In this document: one piece after another, positions 58,424 through 64,000 of the stretch | How the letters are laid out: every line of letters begins with the position of its first letter | Numbering within the stretch: position 1 is the first letter of the stretch | Assembly: GCF_018350175.1 (NCBI RefSeq) | Contig: NC_058368.1 | Location: 80,292,001-80,356,000 of the forward strand | Direction: 5' to 3' | Source of the DNA: Felis catus | Taxonomy: Eukaryota | Length of the DNA: 64,000 bases | The notes under the pieces: model-generated | Database searches by the model: none | The model's input: only the letters and a program-made list of their open reading frames with translations | Told to the model about the DNA's origin: nothing | Made by a program: the position numbers and the translations under genes

Positions 58424-58612
58424 GGGGCACCTGCGTGGCTCAGCGGGTTAAGCGTCCTACTCTTGATTTCGGCTCAGGTCATGATCTCATGGTTCATGGG
58501 TTTGGGCTTTGCAGTGTGGAGGCTGCTTGGGATTCTCTCTCTCTCCCTCTCTTTCTGCCCTTCTCCTGCCTGCTCGCTTTCTCTCTCTCAAAAAAAAAAA
58601 AAAAAAGAAATA
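58424..58612 (+). mobile_element. Can-SINE
   Basis: TSD taatgat(t/c)tca. Confidence 0.88.
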
Positions 58613-59145
58613 ATAATAATGATCTCAAAGTATCTTGAACGGCATTTCCTAGTCCTTAATGACAACCAAAAATGTAGTTCTCAGTAATACCTTTGCTTTC
58701 AAGGCCAAGTCTTGCAAACCCAAAATAGGGTAGATAAGGTAGCACAGTGTTTAAGGTATTTCAAGTTTGAAATAAATGTGTTACCATGTATTTTTTAAGC
58801 ACCTGAAAAGAAACAAACAAAAACTGTATGTTCACTTCTGATTTTATTCTCCCATGAGTTTGAGTATCACCAGTTAAACTAGAAATATAATTCAGAAAAA
58901 AAATTTAATATCCATCTTGCAACACACCCCAAAGAGCAGAACTAAAACAGCCAGGGTTCTTCGATGTATTTTCAGAATTACTTTTCCTTAGTAGTATATT
59001 TAAAATGCACGATCATAGTTACGTTTTAGCCATTGGTCTTCTAACCTTGTTCAGAAAACTGTTAAGTCATTGTTATGTTTTTTTAAGAACTTTATAAAGC
59101 TAGTAAAATATTTTCTGGCTTTTTAGCCCACAGGGTAAACTATCT

Positions 59146-59243
59146 TATAGAATGTAAGCTCCTTAGTCACTGCTGTATCCCCGGGGCCTAAGCAGTAGCT
59201 AGCACCTGGTTGGCACTCACGAAATATTTCTTGTTGAATGATT
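59146..59243 (+). mobile_element. L2 3'-end remnant
   Basis: tagaatgtaagctcc...actgctgtatcccc...gcacctgg...aaatatttcttgttgaatga. Confidence 0.6.
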
Positions 59244-59343
59244 AAGATAACCTTTTGTTTCTGTGTCTGTGAAGACCATGGAAACATGAAAGGAATCATT
59301 ATTCAGATAATATCGTGATTTTTAAAAAAGATAACCTAGTTCA

Positions 59344-59555
59344 GGGGCGCCTGGATGGCGCAGTGCGTTAAACTTCCGACTTGGGCTCAGGTCTCATGGT
59401 TTCTGAGTTTGAGCCCCCAACAGGCTCTGTGCTGACAGCTCAGAGCCTGGAACCTGCTTTGGATTATATGTCTTCTCTTTCTACCCCTCCCCCGCTCCCC
59501 TCTCCCCCTCTCCCTGTCTCTCAAAAATAAATAAACATTAAAAAAAATTTTTTTT
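59344..59555 (+). mobile_element. SINEC_Fc
   Basis: TSD aagata(a/c)cctagttca. Confidence 0.9.
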
Positions 59556-60224
59556 AAGATACCCTAGTTCAAACTGGCTTATCCCTGGAAGCAGTAAATT
59601 ATTTCTTACCTTTATTCTTAAATTCAGACAAACACTCATTCTAGAGCCAATAAATGCAAAGATCTACTAATAGTACCTTAAAATTTTTTGTCTGCTCTCA
59701 GAGAAAAGTAATTATTTTTTAGTAATTATTTTTCTTATTCAACTTTGTATCCTATCTCTATCCCACATACCATTTCTATTGCCATATAATGTCATAGTAT
59801 TCAAGTCTTTTCGTGCAGACTAGTGGCCAATACATTTTGTTGTATAAAATGACATGAAACTTCATCGTTTGCTTTAAACTGAGCCAAGACTGAAAGAAGT
59901 GTGAATCCATAAGTAAAATAACCATTTTCCCAATTATCAAAGCGAGCATTCTTTTGATGTGGGGAAGGGATGAAGGGGTTTAAGAGTGAAGATCAAATCT
60001 ATTTACTTCAAAGTGCTACATTCTTCGTCGTTTATCGCCGCCACAACGTTGGAACGAGAACCAACCATTTCAATGACAAAACAGCTCAATTTAGTCTCAT
60101 TTGCTCTACTGGCATCCCTCTCACAAAATGCCGTACGATCGCTGGAATGAGTACCACCGGATAACAACCTATTTTATAAAAGTTGGGCTGATCTGAAATA
60201 TTAGTGGCTTACACACAGTAATTT

Positions 60225-60354
60225 ATTTTTCTTTACTTTTTATTTAAAGATTTTATTTTTAAGTAATCTCTACACCCAACTTGGGGCTGTAACTCACTGC
60301 CTGGATGGAGATCAGGAGTCGCAGGCTCCACGGGCTGAGCCAGCCAGGCGCCCC
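60225..60354 (-). mobile_element. Short Can-SINE
   Basis: TSD aca(c/t)acagtaattta. Confidence 0.82.
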
Positions 60355-62110
60355 TAACATACAGTAATTTAAAAATCGCCAATGGCCTGGCCTCTTGACA
60401 ACATGCCTCCCTTCGCCGAGCACTCCGAGTTTGCACAGCAGTTGAGCGCCCTGGCTCGGAGTCTGTGGAGGAGCATCCCGCGGGATCCAGGGCACCTGCT
60501 CAGCCCGCAGAGACCGGGAGCAGGTAGAGCTGAGCCAGCTACACGGTCAGAGACCCCGACAGGACACCCCGCCCACCTGGGGAAAGGAAGCCTGCTAGCT
60601 GCACAGGACCGCTGCAGCGGAGGCCCGCCCCGGAGGCACCAGCGGTGGCCGTAGAGGCCGGAGCCCCGAGGACAAAGGCGGAGCGCGGCCACGCCCACGG
60701 GGCGGGGCCTCTGCCGGAAGCGGCGGGCCTGCGCGCTGGTCCGTCGCCTAGGCAACGGGATCGTCTGCGCGGGGCTTTTCAGAAAACCCAAATCCGGGAG
60801 CTTAGGGTGGGGAGAGAGGCCGTGGGGGGAGGGGAGAGGCCGAGATGGCAAGGGGAGCGGGTCCCGGACGCCTGCCCCGCCCCGATCTGAGTGGCCTTTC
60901 GAATAAGATCGGATCCCAGGGCACAGTCGGGATGGGGTCCGGATCGCCCGCCCTCTGCGGGAGCCCGGCTACGAATGCAACTCCCCTCTTGGGCCCCTTT
61001 GTCTCCAAGCCGCTCGGCACTGGGCTCCAGCCGGCGACACAAAGGGAAGGCGGTGAGGACCGCGCAGGCGCGCGAGCCGCTGAGGTTGCTGGGAGCGGTG
61101 GTCCGGCCGCCTAATGGTAGGTCTCCTCCCTCCCGGGCCGATGGCTTCCCTGGCCGTGCAAGTACGCATGCGCCACCACTTCCGCCCTGCACGGCGCGCC
61201 CCCTCCCTCCGCCCCCCGCCGGACGCGGGTTTCTCGTAGTAAGAGCGTGGGAGGGGTTATCCTCACTCGTCCCGCCTCTCCTTTGGTTTGCTTGGGCTAT
61301 CGAGGGAGGGCGGCGAGCGGATTGGGTCTTGGAGTTGCCAGTCTGTTTCGGGCCTTACTTATGCCCGGCTGCGCGGCGGGGCCCTGGAGAGTGAGGGGCT
61401 GGGTGTGGATAGGGAGGTGGCAGCCCAGGCGAGCGATGGCCTCGGCGGCATTGGTACCACGACTAAGTCGGTTCCGACCGGGTCTTCGGCGAGGCCGGCT
61501 GCTCCCCACGTTCCCCGGTGGGCGTGCACTGCCGCCCGACAGGCTCTGCTTCCAAGTGCGAAACTCCTAGTAAAGTTTGCGCTTCGCCCGCCGCCCCTGT
61601 TCCCGCGACCCCTTCCCCAGCCAAAGTGACAGACAAAGCCACACCCCCCGCGCGGCCGGGCCGGTGAGGGGCGTGATGCGGCGGGGGCGGGGCCCGCGGG
61701 GAGGGGGCCGTGGGGGGCGGGGCGCATGCGCGGTGCGGGGGGCCGAATGTTTCCCAAGTGTTTGAAACTGGTATTTGGGTTCTCCACGTTGGACAAGTGC
61801 GGCGCGGCGGGCGGCGCGCGCCCCTTCCCGCGCTCGCTCGGCCCCGGCCCCGGCCCTTGCGCCGGGGTGCGCGCCCGCACGCGCAGCCCGCGCCCGCCCC
61901 GCGCCCGAGGCCGCCGAGCGCCGGCCCGGCCCGCCAGGCGCCGGGTCCCCGGGCCCAGGCGGCGCGGCTCGCAGATGTAGCGGCGCGGGGCCGGCCGGAG
62001 GGGGGGCGCCGGCGGGCGGGAGCTTTGCATTTTGCAGCGCTGGGCTCCGAGGGGGCGGGGGCTGGAGGAAGCGGAAAGCCGCGCCGAGTCGCCGGGGACC
62101 TCGGTGAACC

Positions 62111-62246
62111 ATGTTGAGCCCTGCCAACGGGGAGCAGATCCACCTGGTGAACTATGTGGAGGACTACCTGGACTCCATCGAGTCTCTGCCATTCGACCTG
62201 CAGAGAAACGTCTCGCTGATGCGGGAGATCGACGCGAAATACCAAG
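62111..62246 (+). CDS. ING1: ING1 first coding exon (p33ING1b isoform); the PHD-finger exon lies beyond the window
   Basis: accATG; MLSPANGEQIHLVNYVEDYLDSIESLPFDLQRNVSLMREIDAKYQ followed by G|gtacgg donor (136 bp); the conserved ING1b N-terminus. Confidence 0.96.
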
Positions 62247-63379
62247 GTACGGCGGGATGGATGGGCGGGGGCGGCCGCTCCATCCCCGCCGGTCGCGGCG
62301 CGCCGCGGGGCCGCGGGCCGTCCTGTTCCCCGCCCGGAGGAGCCGCGGGCCCGCGGAGGTGGCCCCGGCCGGGCAGGAACAAAAGGTCTGGAGCGTCTTT
62401 GATTCGCCAAGGTCCTTGTGCGCGAAGCCCGGACACGGAGGAGGAAGGAGGAACGAGAGGTCTCAATGCCAGGCTGCGCGAGCAAAGCGCTCTTTGTAGT
62501 GAAGTGACGAGGCGGGGTGCTGCGGGGGAGGGGGCGCAGGGGGGCGCAGGCTAGGGCGCCGAGGGAGGGATGTGCCGCGGTAGCTGGGGCTGAGGGGCGC
62601 AGCGACGGGGCTGCGCGCAGGGCTGCTGGGAGGGCGCTGCGGGCGGCGGGTCCCCTGCTCTGCTCGCCATCCCCGGAGCCACCCCCACCCAGTCCCGAAT
62701 CTGAGTGTTATATAAAGTCCGGGGTCGGCACTCCGCGCGGTGTGGCCCCGGCCGCCTCCGCCCCCGCGCAGCCCCCCGGGCCTCCCGTGGAGCTGGACAC
62801 CGAGTGAGGGCCGCCGTGCAGGGGGCGGCGCGGCCGGGTGTAGTTCGCTGAGGGCTAGGGCTTTATTCTGTGCGTGCGGTGGGGAAGGGGAGAGGAGGAG
62901 AGGGAAGGGAAGGGAGGATGGGTCGAGGAAGTCGCCCATCTGTGCTCGGGGGGCGCGGGCAAAGATTGTCTGTTTGCAGAGGAACATGGCAGGGGAGAGG
63001 ACCTGTGGGTCGTTCTCTGCAGCCCCGGCTGCCCAGAGTTCCGGACAGAGGAGGAGGGTTCGTGTCCGCTGGGAATTGTTGGCTGTTGGGGAAACTTTCC
63101 TGCCAGGTCAGGCACGGCAGTGGGGGCTGCGTATGGGACGCGGATCGTCACTCGGAGTTTACTAATGTTTACAGGGCTGCGCAGCAGGGAAACGGAAGCG
63201 TGGGGGGGGGAGGTGGGAAGCAGCCGCACGCCCCGAAGCGCAACGGGCACCCCTGCGGGCATGGCGCCCCCTGCGCGCTCTAGCCGAGTCTCTGCTTCGC
63301 AGCGACTTTTATAGGGGTCTTATTAGCATATTGCGAACGTCCCGCTTTGGCCTCCCTATGATTGGTCTCGGCGTTCCCC

Positions 63380-63850
63380 ATGGAATGTCCTTATCCATCC
63401 GCTGCTGAGTTATTGGTTGCTGCGCCGGAGGAGGGTGGGCATTGCGCAGTGACTGGCACGGGTCTCTGTTTCCGCTGCCTTCTTTTTTCTTCAGAGGGGC
63501 GGGGAGGAGGAGGGGGGTCGAGTTGATTTGAATGTCTTCGGGTCGCCCGGCCTCCGGCCTGGGATTGGCCATTGGCGCTGCTGGGGTGGGCCGTGTTCGT
63601 CGATCCTGTGCTGTGATTGGAGCCCCGCTCGGCCTCCGCCCTACGGCCCGGCGATCCCCACAGGCGGTGGCTCTCGGGGCGGGGCGCGACGCCCGCTGAC
63701 CGCCTCCTCATGGGCTGGGGGCCAGGCCCCGCCCCTGTCCCTCAGGGGCTCGAGCCTGGCCACTTCCGGCCGCGGAGCAATGGCGGCGTCCCGGTGCCGG
63801 GGCTGCAGAGGTTGCAGCTCAGGCCTCCCTCCCCGGGCCCGCCGATGGTC
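63380..63850 (+). pseudogene. ING1: Non-coding (frameshifted) orthologue of the human ING1a alternative exon
   Basis: Consecutive frames give MECPYPSAAELLVAAPEEGGHCAVTGTGLCFRCLLFS, then GRVDLNVFGSPGLRPGIGHWRCWGGPCSS...AIPTGGGSRG, then R*PPPHGL, resembling the recalled human p47ING1a N-terminus; interrupted by frameshifts and a stop. Confidence 0.7.
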
Positions 63851-64000
63851 AAGGTCCGCGCGGAGCGGGGGAAGCGTGAGGGGACAGGGGCCGGGCGCAG
63901 GGCGAGCCGGGACGGCGACTCGGTGCAGAGGTCAAAGGGAGTCGTTGTCGCCCTCACCGTCCGTTAGCGCCTACAGGAAATTTCAAGATGACAGTGTTTG

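Larger units (their letters stand above)
60400..64000. promoter_or_regulatory. ING1: Large ING1 CpG island / multi-promoter region
   Basis: Dense CpG and GC boxes; NRF1-like (G)CGCATGCGC at 61165 and 61722; ETS ACTTCCG at 61178; five ATTGG (CCAAT) boxes at 63361-63620. Confidence 0.88.

Noticed and set aside
1784..60354. tRNA-like A/B-box sequences
   Set aside because: All are heads of tRNA-derived Can-SINEs, not tRNA genes.
61359..62485. Long antisense ORFs (277 and 340 aa) over ING1 exon 1
   Set aside because: Arg/Pro/Gly/Ala-rich products expected from very high GC; no recognisable domain.
62709..62717. TATA-like TATATAAAG in ING1 intron 1
   Set aside because: A single motif with no way to show an associated TSS from sequence alone.
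1..64000. A novel multi-gene biological system
   Set aside because: All convincing coding sequence is accounted for by NAXD, CARS2 and ING1 in their known mammalian order; the rest is intron, repeat and promoter DNA.

Overview
Mammalian genomic DNA, almost certainly a felid (it carries young SINEC_Fc-type Can-SINEs and carnivore L1s). It covers the conserved NAXD–CARS2–ING1 block. (1) The last six coding exons of NAXD/CARKD lie on + (197-9434; the 5' exons are outside the window). (2) The complete 15-exon CARS2 gene (mitochondrial cysteinyl-tRNA synthetase; 1671-nt CDS, 556 aa) lies on - (56295 to 11572), tail-to-tail with NAXD. (3) A CpG-island promoter and the first coding exon of ING1 (p33ING1b) lie on +. 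All introns are GT-AG and the spliced frames are intact. The introns hold more than 30 SINEs, a near full-length Tigger1, a TSD-bounded full-span L1 whose RT region is deleted, older L1/MIR/L2/MaLR remnants and several mini/microsatellites. Nearly all ORFs in the supplied track are GC-content or repeat artefacts. I see no evidence of a new multi-gene system. The most interesting signals are: a frameshifted, non-coding orthologue of the human ING1a exon; a ~31-bp-periodic GC-box/ETS array at the CARS2 promoter; old L1 remnants with strongly AT-to-GC-shifted sequence; and several informative TE architectures. Comparisons to human proteins and repeat consensus sequences are from memory, not from a database search.
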